IMG/VR virus record: IMGVR_UViG_3300035188_001343
Direction: 5' to 3' (one strand)
DNA length: 64,000 bases
Origin: an uncultured virus (IMG/VR IMGVR_UViG_3300035188_001343)
Taxonomy: Duplodnaviria; Heunggongvirae; Uroviricota; Caudoviricetes
The position numbers and the translations under genes are program-made. The notes beneath the pieces are model-generated. The model was not told where the DNA came from. It did no database searches and saw only the letters and a list, made by a program, of their open reading frames with translations. Shown here piece by piece: positions 30,586 to 39,808 of this stretch (within the stretch, counting starts at the first letter, position 1; every line of letters starts with the position of its first letter).

Positions 30586-31929
30586 ATGTTAAATAAATTA
30601 AAATTAGAGTATGTTGAGTCAGCTTGGATTATTTTGTATCAACTTACCAATAGCGATACAAAACTTTTAAAGGAAACAACTGATCTATTTCAAAAAAATT
30701 TGAAATATATGTTAGAAAAAATTGACAACAACGATCTAATATTTTCGGGATTATTTAATGCATACACCGAAGATAAGAATGTTGAAAGATTAAAAACTGT
30801 ATTGGATTTTAATAAAACGAATGGTTTACATACATTTCAATATGCTGATAGTGGCGGATTACAAATTGTCAATACCGGTGCAGTGGTAAACGATGAATTG
30901 AAACGGAAAATATACACATATCAGGCAGAAAACTCAAATTTTGCATTTTCGTTTGATGAAATCCCTGCATTCCGAAATCAAGATAAAACAAGAACTTATG
31001 TCGATGAATGGGTAAAACCTTATGCTATTAAAGCTGGAATAAATTTACAAGAACACATTGATATTTTTAAAAAATTAAAAACGAAAACAAAGTTAATACC
31101 AATCATTCAAGGATTTGATTATTCCCAAATTGAATCCTATACAAAAAATATGCTAAATCAAATTAAAAAACCAGATCTTAAAGAAATTGGTGCAATTGCG
31201 TGTGGAAATGCACATGGAAATGGTTTTGGCACTTTGGATAACTTTATGGCATTACAAACTATGGATATTCCAGTAAGTTTAAAAAACCACACACATCTAT
31301 TAGGAGCAAGTGGTATAGATCGCATTGCTCCTATTCTAACTGTAGTTAGAAATGGGTTGATAACCGATATGGATAGATTATCATTCGATAGTTCATATCA
31401 TACTCAATCCTATGTATATGGTGAGGTACAACGAAATACCCAACATCTCATGAATAATATAAAAATTCATCGTTTGGGATTGAACCGAAATCAATATGTT
31501 GAAAATAGGTTTTTAGAAATGATTGATTTTTGGAAGGATTGTAATACATTCAATTTTATAGATTTAGAAGATGTGTTTTGCCATTCCATTTATGATGATG
31601 CAGGTATAAATTCACCAGCAAAACAATTAAAATCAAGAACGGATGTTGACTATATCAAAAATATAAATGTAATTCAAATGCATATTATGTTCAACATATA
31701 CAAATACATAACATTGTTATATGATTTCATTGAAGACAGAATTGGTTTTTATGATTTATTCCATAATGACAAATATTTTATGTTTTATAGTGCCTTGGCA
31801 AATGTAAAAACCTATGGAGAATACATTGACTGGCGTGAGGATGCAATCAAAAAATTTAAATTTGTTCGTGCAACCAACATTATGAAATTTGATAATTCAA
31901 AAAATACCGAAACAGATTTTTTATTTTAA
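30586..31929 (+). CDS. TGT/DpdA-like paralogue 4
   Basis: LFNAYTE, ADSGGLQ, FSFDE, IIQG, HTHLLG, SFDS. Confidence 0.8.
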   Translation: MLNKLKLEYVESAWIILYQLTNSDTKLLKETTDLFQKNLKYMLEKIDNNDLIFSGLFNAYTEDKNVERLKTVLDFNKTNGLHTFQYADSGGLQIVNTGAVVNDELKRKIYTYQAENSNFAFSFDEIPAFRNQDKTRTYVDEWVKPYAIKAGINLQEHIDIFKKLKTKTKLIPIIQGFDYSQIESYTKNMLNQIKKPDLKEIGAIACGNAHGNGFGTLDNFMALQTMDIPVSLKNHTHLLGASGIDRIAPILTVVRNGLITDMDRLSFDSSYHTQSYVYGEVQRNTQHLMNNIKIHRLGLNRNQYVENRFLEMIDFWKDCNTFNFIDLEDVFCHSIYDDAGINSPAKQLKSRTDVDYIKNINVIQMHIMFNIYKYITLLYDFIEDRIGFYDLFHNDKYFMFYSALANVKTYGEYIDWREDAIKKFKFVRATNIMKFDNSKNTETDFLF

Positions 31930-32280
31930 AAAGTTATAGTATAATTTTAAAATAGTGATTTTGTTAAAAGTCATCTTAGTTCATTTAAAATACATTTTGA
32001 AAAAAGTTAAAATTGGTAATGTAAACCCCTTTTTTCAATTTTCTGCACATAATAACACAATACATCACATTAAAACATTTGGAGTATTTTATGTACGATG
32101 AAAATAAAATATGTATGGCATTACACTTATTAAGAAAAGGAAATATAACTTTGATTGATTGTATGCAATACATCGAAAATGTGTTTAACGGTGATGAATC
32201 CACTATTCAAGAATTTATGTGTGATTACAACATCGAATACAAAGATAACAACACATTGGATTAATACTGGATTTTAAATT

Positions 32281-32817
32281 ATGATAAACAAACAGACAAT
32301 AGCAGAGCAATGGAAACAAAATCCAAACAAAAAATATTACATCATAAAAAACCCAAAAATAAACAAGGGTAGAAAAAAAATTGATGGATTAGACATTAAG
32401 ATTGTTGAATATGTGGTTAGTAGTATGGATAGTAAGTTCGTGTATTTTGAAAAGATTGACAAAGATAAAAATAAACGATACCCAAATGTTTTACCGTTTG
32501 ACAAAAGATTTCCAGATGCTGAGAATGAAGTATTCTATACAAAAGATACACCAACAGTAAACAAGAAAAATTGTGTCGATTCATATGGAATTTTCAATGA
32601 ATACAAACTAGCAGATTTTCATAAATTGGTTAGATTACACAGAATTTCAATTTATTTGTCCGAAATGTATAAATTTCTCAAAACTACAAAACCCGATGTA
32701 AAATCTGATTTTACTTTACTAGAAGTAGAAAAATATTTCACAAAAATTCAAGATACAAATTATTTTGAAAGATTAGAAACAATCCAATCTGATTTTCCAG
32801 ATTTGGCTGCAATGTAG
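32281..32817 (+). CDS. hypothetical protein
   Basis: ORF. Confidence 0.55.
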   Translation: MINKQTIAEQWKQNPNKKYYIIKNPKINKGRKKIDGLDIKIVEYVVSSMDSKFVYFEKIDKDKNKRYPNVLPFDKRFPDAENEVFYTKDTPTVNKKNCVDSYGIFNEYKLADFHKLVRLHRISIYLSEMYKFLKTTKPDVKSDFTLLEVEKYFTKIQDTNYFERLETIQSDFPDLAAM

Positions 32818-32826
32818 GAGATAAGT

Positions 32827-33297
32827 ATGACTAAAGTAGTATCATGTGGTATCGTTCCAATTAGAAAAAACGGAGATGATATTGAAATTTTATTATGTGT
32901 TCCTATTGAGGGTAGTTATGCACCTTCAAATGGTTCATTTTATGGAATGGGGTTTTTAAAGGGTCAAGTAGAAAATGATGAATCTAACTTAGAAACTGCA
33001 AAGCGAGAATTTGCAGAAGAAAGTGGTGATTTACAAATTGAGTTATTTGGTGATGAAACTTATTTCACCCAAAACAACCCAAAGAAAAAAATATATATTT
33101 GGCCTGCAGTAGTATTACCTACTGAATTTAATTACAGCAAAATTGGCGATAATGGTGTTGTGCACGACCATGATGATGAGAATGCACTAATTAAATTTTA
33201 TCCGATTACAAACCTACCCCCAATTTTTAGAAATCAACAACAAATATTAGAAGATTTACTCGAATTCATCGATGAAAATAAAGAAAGTATTATTTAA
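32827..33297 (+). CDS. Nudix hydrolase
   Basis: Nudix box G-x5-E-x7-REFAEESG. Confidence 0.88.
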   Translation: MTKVVSCGIVPIRKNGDDIEILLCVPIEGSYAPSNGSFYGMGFLKGQVENDESNLETAKREFAEESGDLQIELFGDETYFTQNNPKKKIYIWPAVVLPTEFNYSKIGDNGVVHDHDDENALIKFYPITNLPPIFRNQQQILEDLLEFIDENKESII

Positions 33298-33322
33298 ATT
33301 TTTTAGTATAATAGATTTGTAA

Positions 33323-33349
33323 GAGTGATAAGATGCAATCTTATCACTC
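33323..33349 (+). promoter_or_regulatory. 12-bp hairpin in a probable 5' leader
   Basis: GAGTGATAAGAT-GCA-ATCTTATCACTC downstream of a TAGTATAAT box. Confidence 0.5.
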
Positions 33350-33385
33350 AAAAATCAACCCAGATAAACTTAGGAATTCAATAAA

Positions 33386-34600
33386 ATGACCGAATTAAAC
33401 GCAAAAAAATTTGAAAATTCATCACAATTAGAGGAACTTTATAAAGTTGCATGTGATACATCAGTGTCAGTAATTGTTGAAGGTGATCATGGTATTGGTA
33501 AATCTGAAAGTGTTTATGCTTTTGCAAAATCACAAAATTATCATGCTGAACCATTATTTTTATCCCATCAAGAAGTTGCAGATTTAATTGGAATTCCAAC
33601 ATTAGAACGTGATGAAAATAACTTTGCGTTAACCACATGGTCAAAACCGATCTGGTTGCATCGCATGGAGTTAGCTGCAAAAGAAGGAAAACGATGTATC
33701 CTATTCTTAGATGAATTAAATAGAGCACAGACTGAAGTTAGACAAGCGGCATTACAATTAGTATTGGATAAACAAATTCACGAACATAGATTACCAAAAA
33801 CCACAGTAAATGGTGTTGAGTATGATACGTTTGTAGTTGCTGCAGTTAATCCAGCGGACGGTTTTTATCAAGTAGATGAATTGGATCCAGCTTTATTGGA
33901 TAGATTCTTATATTTCAAATTACATGTAAATGCAGATAGCTGGATTGAATGGGCTACCAATAACAATGTACATTCTACAATTATTTCCTATATTTCACAC
34001 AATAAAGATAAATTATATGTGAAAGATGAAAATGCCTCCATGTTTCCAACTCCACGATCTTGGGTTAAATTAAGTGAATTACTTAAATCATATGAAGCTA
34101 AAAATTTAGACAATCAAGCATTACTTTACAATCTCATTTCTGGAAAAATTGGTCATTCTGTGGGTGCACAATTCCAATCATATTACAAAGAATATTCAGT
34201 ATTTGTAACGGTAGATGATATTGTGGTATTAGCAAAAAAAGAATATCCAAAAGCTGTTAAAAAGTTTGGTGATGCCTCAGTTGAATCAATGGATGCTGTA
34301 GCAGAAAAAATCAAAGTATTGATTGAACCATTAGAAATTCCTCTTTTAAAAGAATTGTCAAGTAATGTGATTAACACATTCCTCGATGATAGTGGTAAAG
34401 TTAAATTTAGTGATGCTTATCCTATGATTTGTTTTATGCACGCACTACCAATCGAACAACTCGCAGCAGTAATTAAAGAATTACAGGTAGAATCTGAAGA
34501 TAAAAATTCTAAAAAATATGACAATCTTGCAGAAATTTCTCCAGGAAAAGATATTTTTAGAAGAATTGTAAGAAAAGTTAAAAAACTTTCATTAGTTTGA
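33386..34600 (+). CDS. MoxR-like AAA+ ATPase
   Basis: GDHGIGKS, LFLDELNRA, AAVNP, LDPALLDRF, PTPRSW. Confidence 0.85.
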   Translation: MTELNAKKFENSSQLEELYKVACDTSVSVIVEGDHGIGKSESVYAFAKSQNYHAEPLFLSHQEVADLIGIPTLERDENNFALTTWSKPIWLHRMELAAKEGKRCILFLDELNRAQTEVRQAALQLVLDKQIHEHRLPKTTVNGVEYDTFVVAAVNPADGFYQVDELDPALLDRFLYFKLHVNADSWIEWATNNNVHSTIISYISHNKDKLYVKDENASMFPTPRSWVKLSELLKSYEAKNLDNQALLYNLISGKIGHSVGAQFQSYYKEYSVFVTVDDIVVLAKKEYPKAVKKFGDASVESMDAVAEKIKVLIEPLEIPLLKELSSNVINTFLDDSGKVKFSDAYPMICFMHALPIEQLAAVIKELQVESEDKNSKKYDNLAEISPGKDIFRRIVRKVKKLSLV

Positions 34601-34673
34601 GTTCAACCATACAATAATTTTTTGAAAAAAATGGAAATAAATAAATCGTCACAATACCATCAAGGAGTTCATT

Positions 34674-34862
34674 ATGTCTGATTTAGAAACCATTAGATTC
34701 CAAAAATTACCAACTCTAAAATTCACTGAGCAAGATAAATTGGATCTGCTCAGTGAATTCAAAAAAAGAAAAATTACTTGTAGAGTAACAGCAACCCATA
34801 TTTTATTTGATGAACGATACTTAAAATTAGTTAAGGATATAGTCCCTGCATCAATCAGATAA
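34674..34862 (+). CDS. small hypothetical protein
   Basis: AAGGAG SD; upstream ATAAATA. Confidence 0.55.
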   Translation: MSDLETIRFQKLPTLKFTEQDKLDLLSEFKKRKITCRVTATHILFDERYLKLVKDIVPASIR

Positions 34863-34904
34863 ATTTTTTAAATTATTAACTAATTGCGATTTTGGGAGAT
34901 TAAA

Positions 34905-35678
34905 ATGGAAAATACAAATAAACAACTTGTTAAAAATGAAAAAAGAAAAGGCAGATTAAAAAAAGGTGAAACCATTTCCGTATCAGGTCATAAGACAATG
35001 ACCATAGATGAGGCTTTTAAATCTGTAGAAGGTATGAAACATAAAATTGCAAACAAATATAAGGTTTTTTGTAATGCCTCAGTATCTTATGAGGATTTAA
35101 TTTCTGCGGCAAATGTAGGGTTAGCATGGGCTTATAGAGATTGGGATGCAAATATTGCGAAATTTACTACTTTTTCACATAATAGAATTGAACGTCAAAT
35201 TGATTTGTATCTTTGTGAAATGCTACCAAAATATAAAAACAATGTTGATGCTAAAAATTGGTTAAGACGAAAAAACAACGAATCTTTGAGCAGTTTAACA
35301 GAATTAGGATATACATCCGATAAGGCGTTCAATGTTGCACACGGTTTAGATGGTAAAAAACCTTTTACAAAAGAACATTATAATCTTTATACTCAGAAAG
35401 TTGCAAATAATCTTTTTAACTATGGTAATGATTTAGTAATTACTAATTCTAGTGGTTTTTCCAATGCAGATAATGAAGATTTTGATATTTTCGATATTGT
35501 TTCTAATGATTCGGATGAAAATGATGATGTTCATGAACATGATTTTAGTAATTTAAATACCGTACAGACAGAAATAGCAAAACTTATTATGGATGGTTTT
35601 TCAATTACTGAAATTGCTGAAAAATTTGGAATTACTAAACCTAAACTCATAAAATTAGCAGGTGTTAAGGAGAATTAA
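34905..35678 (+). CDS. sigma70-family sigma-factor-like protein
   Basis: Region 2-like YEDLISAANVGL...KFTTF; C-terminal HTH GFSITEIAEKFG. Confidence 0.7.
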   Translation: MENTNKQLVKNEKRKGRLKKGETISVSGHKTMTIDEAFKSVEGMKHKIANKYKVFCNASVSYEDLISAANVGLAWAYRDWDANIAKFTTFSHNRIERQIDLYLCEMLPKYKNNVDAKNWLRRKNNESLSSLTELGYTSDKAFNVAHGLDGKKPFTKEHYNLYTQKVANNLFNYGNDLVITNSSGFSNADNEDFDIFDIVSNDSDENDDVHEHDFSNLNTVQTEIAKLIMDGFSITEIAEKFGITKPKLIKLAGVKEN

Positions 35679-35679
35679 A

Positions 35680-35931
35680 ATGATATTACCCGATGTAAAT
35701 GATGTTTATGCAGATTTTATTTTAAATTATGCGAAGAAAGATGGATTAAGTAGTTTAGTTAGAGAATTAACTATCGATGAAGAAAGAGATAAATTAAAAG
35801 TGGATTTACAACCTGACTTAATTGATTCATTCTCAGTAAAATTTCCTGATGTTGATTTGTCACATTTGGATGATACAGTTGAATGGATTTTAATGATGTC
35901 GATTAAAAAAACCAAGGATGGTGTTAAATGA
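35680..35931 (+). CDS. hypothetical protein
   Basis: AGGAG SD before ATG 35680. Confidence 0.5.
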   Translation: MILPDVNDVYADFILNYAKKDGLSSLVRELTIDEERDKLKVDLQPDLIDSFSVKFPDVDLSHLDDTVEWILMMSIKKTKDGVK

Positions 35932-36362
35932 CGATTGACACAACAACAATTGGAAATTATAATGATTTAAATAATATGAGTGGAGTAGGTGTTTTAAATC
36001 CGGTAATTAGTGCACCATCGACAATAAGCAATATTAATAGTTATGGTAACACTATATCATGCTGTAATGGCTCTTCCAATTCAATCCAACCAGTATTGGC
36101 AAGTAATGTTGTTCTTGGTGATAGTAGTTCAACAAAGAAAAAATTATATATTACAGAAATCTGGCAAACTAAAAACCCAATTAGAATTGATGATAATTTG
36201 ATCGTTTCGTTAGAAAAAGATTTAATTTCAAATGACGAAATAAAAACAAAAATTTTGAGTATAATTGAGAATGAACATCCAGATGTTTATTTACAACTAG
36301 GATTGGATAATAAAAACATCAAATTAGTAAAGAACGAAGTAACATTAGAAATAAGGAGTTAA
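35928..36362 (+). CDS. hypothetical protein
   Basis: ATGA-coupled ORF. Confidence 0.55.
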   Translation: MTIDTTTIGNYNDLNNMSGVGVLNPVISAPSTISNINSYGNTISCCNGSSNSIQPVLASNVVLGDSSSTKKKLYITEIWQTKNPIRIDDNLIVSLEKDLISNDEIKTKILSIIENEHPDVYLQLGLDNKNIKLVKNEVTLEIRS

Positions 36363-36365
36363 ACG

Positions 36366-36776
36366 ATGAGTCTTGTAGAATTAATGAAAGAAAATGATAT
36401 TGAATTAGATTGGTTATTTACATTAGCAAAATTAAATTCTAATGAAGGATTAATGTATTTTGCTCCTGTAGTTGAAACTATCAATGATGCTGAGGTAACA
36501 AACCTTGAACCAAAATGTTTTATAATTGATGGTGCCTTGTTTGTTTATGGCGATGAATTAGATGATAAAATTGAGGTAAATTCAATTAATAATGTTATCT
36601 CGTTAACAAGGGTTGATGGTATTCAACTTAACATCGATACAAAAACTATTTCAGGTTTTCCATTTAAACACACCCAATTCAAAAGCATCCCATTTACATT
36701 GAAAAGTGATGTAAAAGATGATTATGTTGAATACAATGACGTTTTTGTTGAAAACCAACAAAATAAAGAATTTTAA
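36366..36776 (+). CDS. hypothetical protein
   Basis: AGGAG SD. Confidence 0.55.
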   Translation: MSLVELMKENDIELDWLFTLAKLNSNEGLMYFAPVVETINDAEVTNLEPKCFIIDGALFVYGDELDDKIEVNSINNVISLTRVDGIQLNIDTKTISGFPFKHTQFKSIPFTLKSDVKDDYVEYNDVFVENQQNKEF

Positions 36777-36808
36777 AGTAACATAATTAAATTTTTGAAT
36801 AGGTTATT

Positions 36809-37279
36809 ATGAAACATTTAGTAAATGTGTTTGATTTGGACTGTACTTTGATAGATAGTACACATAGAATAAATCAGTACGGTGATAAAACCAAAGGTGT
36901 AGATCTTGAATACTGGATAGAAAACTGTACATATGATAAAGTAATGAATGACACATTACTGCCATTAACAGAATTATTTTATGAGTTTAATAAAACCAAT
37001 TTTACAAATATTGCTGTTACAGCAAGAGAAATGTTTGCTGCAGATTATGAATTTCTTGAAATGCATGGCTTACATTTTCATATGATTTTACATAGAGAAA
37101 ATTCTACAGAATTAGATCATGTTCTAAAAGAGAAAAAATTAGAGGAACTATTTCGCAGTGGTAATTATGTTCCATTCCTGGCATTTGATGATAAAGATGA
37201 AAATTTGGAAGTTTTTGAGAAATTTGGGTTTAAATGTTTTAACGCTATAACCATGAATTCATTGATTTCTAAAAAATAA
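36809..37279 (+). CDS. HAD-family phosphatase (PseT phosphatase-like)
   Basis: VFDLDCTL, VTAR, K, FDD. Confidence 0.8.
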   Translation: MKHLVNVFDLDCTLIDSTHRINQYGDKTKGVDLEYWIENCTYDKVMNDTLLPLTELFYEFNKTNFTNIAVTAREMFAADYEFLEMHGLHFHMILHRENSTELDHVLKEKKLEELFRSGNYVPFLAFDDKDENLEVFEKFGFKCFNAITMNSLISKK

Positions 37280-37295
37280 GACTGATTTAAAAGGT

Positions 37296-37330
37296 TTGGC
37301 AAGTAGATAATAAAAATAGCTACTTGCCAA
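37296..37330. terminator. bidirectional terminator
   Basis: TTGGCAAGTAG / CTACTTGCCAA between convergent units. Confidence 0.6.
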
Positions 37331-37337
37331 TAAAAAA

Positions 37338-37638
37338 TTATTTAGAAAATATATTTTCAGCCCATTCCGTAATTGGACCCCTTAAGACTTTACTTAATCT
37401 TATTGAGAACAAATTTACACCAGAATATTTATTTTTTGTTGAATTTAAAATAGTTGATAGACCATTAGTGTGTTTATTAACATATAAATTGTCAATCTGT
37501 TTTGTCGAACCTAAAATAACCACTTTACATTCGGCATCCAATCTTGTTAGGATTAAGCTGCATAGTTTTGTTTGACATATTTTGTGCTTCATCAATAATA
37601 ACAACGGCATTTGAAATCGTACGTCCTCTTGCTTCACC
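37338..37638 (-). pseudogene. degenerate duplicate of the phoH 3' end
   Basis: GEARGRTISNAVVIIDEAQNMSNKTMQL / +1 frameshift near 37553 / ILTRLD...RGPITEWAENIFSK; no N-terminal part. Confidence 0.85.
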
Positions 37639-37688
37639 AAAATTTATTTTTTTGTATGATAGTAGTATAATTAAAAAAAGAGGAAGGT

Positions 37689-37745
37689 TTATCCTCGCTC
37701 TGCCGAAAGACACCGTCCTTTAGGTCGGGGATGCAGAGGATAGGA
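37689..37745. mobile_element. GC-rich hairpin resembling an IS200/IS605-family end remnant
   Basis: Minus strand reads CATCCCCGACCTAAAGGACGGTGTCTTTCGGC; no transposase or TnpB nearby. Confidence 0.4.
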
Positions 37746-37924
37746 AATCAAATTTATTTTAAGAAAATCAAGAATAAATTGTAAAATATCACCATATCCA
37801 AGATTTGTGATATAAATGATAATGTGATTCAATAGAATCATATCTTCCAATGAAACTCCATCATATTTTAATACTGGTTGGTTTAAAGGCAGAACGATCA
37901 TCAAACCAACCATTATTAATTAAT

Positions 37925-39382
37925 TTATTTTTTTTTTGGTGAAAATATATTTTCAGCCCATTCAGTAATTGGTCCTCTTAATACTTTCGTTAATTCGATT
38001 GAGAATAACTTAATTTCGTCGTAAGAATAACTGGTTGATCTTATAACTGTTGTCAATCCATTTGTGTGCTTATTAATATATGAATTATCAATTTGTTTTG
38101 TGGAACCTAAAATAACAACCTTGCATGATTTATCGATGCGTGTTAGAACAAGCTGCATCGTTTTATTTGACATATTTTGAGCTTCATCAATCATTATCAC
38201 TGCATTGGAAATTGTTCTTCCTCTAAGGGCACCAACCCAAAGAGTTTCAATTCCATAGCGGTCAATAGTTTCTTCAACTTTTTCCTGGACTGATTTTGTA
38301 TTGATATGCGATTCTTTCCCACCTGCTTTATTGTGAACAGATTTCTTCATTTCACTACGAACAATATACTCTATACTATCCATTAGAGGATGATTATAAA
38401 TTTTAAATTTTTCATCATTGCCGCTCAAAAATCCGATTTCTTCATTTTTGTCGAGTGATTCGATAGAATTTCTGATATACACAATTTTACTAAATCTTTT
38501 TTCTCTGACCATTTTCATGCAACTTGAAAGTCCCGCCAACGTTTTTCCTCCTCCCGCAGGGGCATCAACAACGACAATATCATATCGGTCATCAAGAATG
38601 GCATTTGAAAAAAACAACTGTTCTTTGTTTTTTGGTGAAACCGATTGACACCTTATTTCATCTTCATCAAGCACAAATAATTTTTCATCATGAACAGCAC
38701 ATAGAATTTCTCTACCATCCGGCATTCCAATCGAATAAGAAAAATTATGACATTTGTATTCTGGATCAAAATCCAATACAGTTTTTTCATTCACATCAGC
38801 AATACCAATTACTTTATCCAAAACGATAGTTTTATGAAATTCATAATCAAAAACATTTTCTCCATCACCTTTCAAGGTATCTGTTGCAACACTTAAACTT
38901 ATTGCTCTTGTTCTTGCCATAATATCAAGCGATAAAAAAGTCAATTTATTTGTTTTTCTCTCATCTTCATGCAAATAATGTTCCTGTGCAAATGTAGTTA
39001 TTTCTAATATTTTTTTATCATTTACAATGTTTGGAGAAACATTTTTTATAGTGTCGGTTTTATAAGTTTCCTTAGAAATAATATCTACTCTAACATTAAA
39101 CCCAGTAGTTAATCTAATTGAAATTATTTTATATTCCCTCGATACATCATCCATTGAAATCACTTCTGCATCACTCAGTAATCGCCCAAATTCCCTTGCT
39201 TGATAATTAATTTCATCAAAACCACTTTTTTTCGCATCTATTTCATCTAGTACAGTTTCAGGTATTATTACTAAATTTTCTGAATTATCTGACAATGTTA
39301 TAAAAGCATGTGCATCCTGCAATATTATGTTAGTATCAACCACATAATACTTTTCAAATCGATTATTACTAGTATTAGACAT
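37925..39382 (-). CDS. phoH: PIN-PhoH protein
   Basis: PIN VVDTNI, VLDEID; Walker A APAGGGKT; RGRT, IDEAQN, GSTKQID. Confidence 0.9.
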   Translation of the reverse strand: MSNTSNNRFEKYYVVDTNIILQDAHAFITLSDNSENLVIIPETVLDEIDAKKSGFDEINYQAREFGRLLSDAEVISMDDVSREYKIISIRLTTGFNVRVDIISKETYKTDTIKNVSPNIVNDKKILEITTFAQEHYLHEDERKTNKLTFLSLDIMARTRAISLSVATDTLKGDGENVFDYEFHKTIVLDKVIGIADVNEKTVLDFDPEYKCHNFSYSIGMPDGREILCAVHDEKLFVLDEDEIRCQSVSPKNKEQLFFSNAILDDRYDIVVVDAPAGGGKTLAGLSSCMKMVREKRFSKIVYIRNSIESLDKNEEIGFLSGNDEKFKIYNHPLMDSIEYIVRSEMKKSVHNKAGGKESHINTKSVQEKVEETIDRYGIETLWVGALRGRTISNAVIMIDEAQNMSNKTMQLVLTRIDKSCKVVILGSTKQIDNSYINKHTNGLTTVIRSTSYSYDEIKLFSIELTKVLRGPITEWAENIFSPKKK

Positions 39383-39537
39383 AAATTTCCATCCATTAAA
39401 ATTAGTTTAAACGGGATTGTTATAAACTCAGAATTATTTATGAATTTTTTGCAGTGCTGTTAACATTCAACAAAAAAATAACTTGACAATAAATACGAAT
39501 AAAAAATGAATTAATTATAATTAGAGGAGATCTACAA

Positions 39538-39750
39538 ATGATTGCAAATCAAAAAACTTTAGATACAATTTCTAAAAAAATAAAAGGTAAATTTACTGCA
39601 GATTTTAAATCAATTAAAAAAACTGAACAAGTGGTTCAAGAACAACCTACCTATAATGTGGAAAAATTTGTTGTGACACCGTTAAGAGAGGTGGAACCTA
39701 CACCACTCGTCATTGAAGAAGTGACACAAGAAAATTTAGTAGTGGAATAA
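39538..39750 (+). CDS. small hypothetical protein
   Basis: GAGGAG SD. Confidence 0.6.
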   Translation: MIANQKTLDTISKKIKGKFTADFKSIKKTEQVVQEQPTYNVEKFVVTPLREVEPTPLVIEEVTQENLVVE

Positions 39751-39773
39751 TTTCAGTATTAAATAGTGATATA

Positions 39774-39807
39774 ATTAAAAAACCCCATCTTAGTGGGGTT
39801 TTTTAAT
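39774..39807. terminator. bidirectional terminator
   Basis: ATTAAAAAACCCCA-TCTTAG-TGGGGTTTTTTAAT. Confidence 0.8.
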
Positions 39808-39808
39808 G

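Noticed and set aside
37689..37913. 74-aa minus-strand ORF between the phoH copies
   Set aside because: No clear SD or motif, and it runs through the GC-rich hairpin; probably non-coding or decayed.
37338..38240. phoH repeat pair as a diversity-generating retroelement TR/VR
   Set aside because: Differences are largely synonymous and not adenine-specific; no reverse transcriptase is present in the window.
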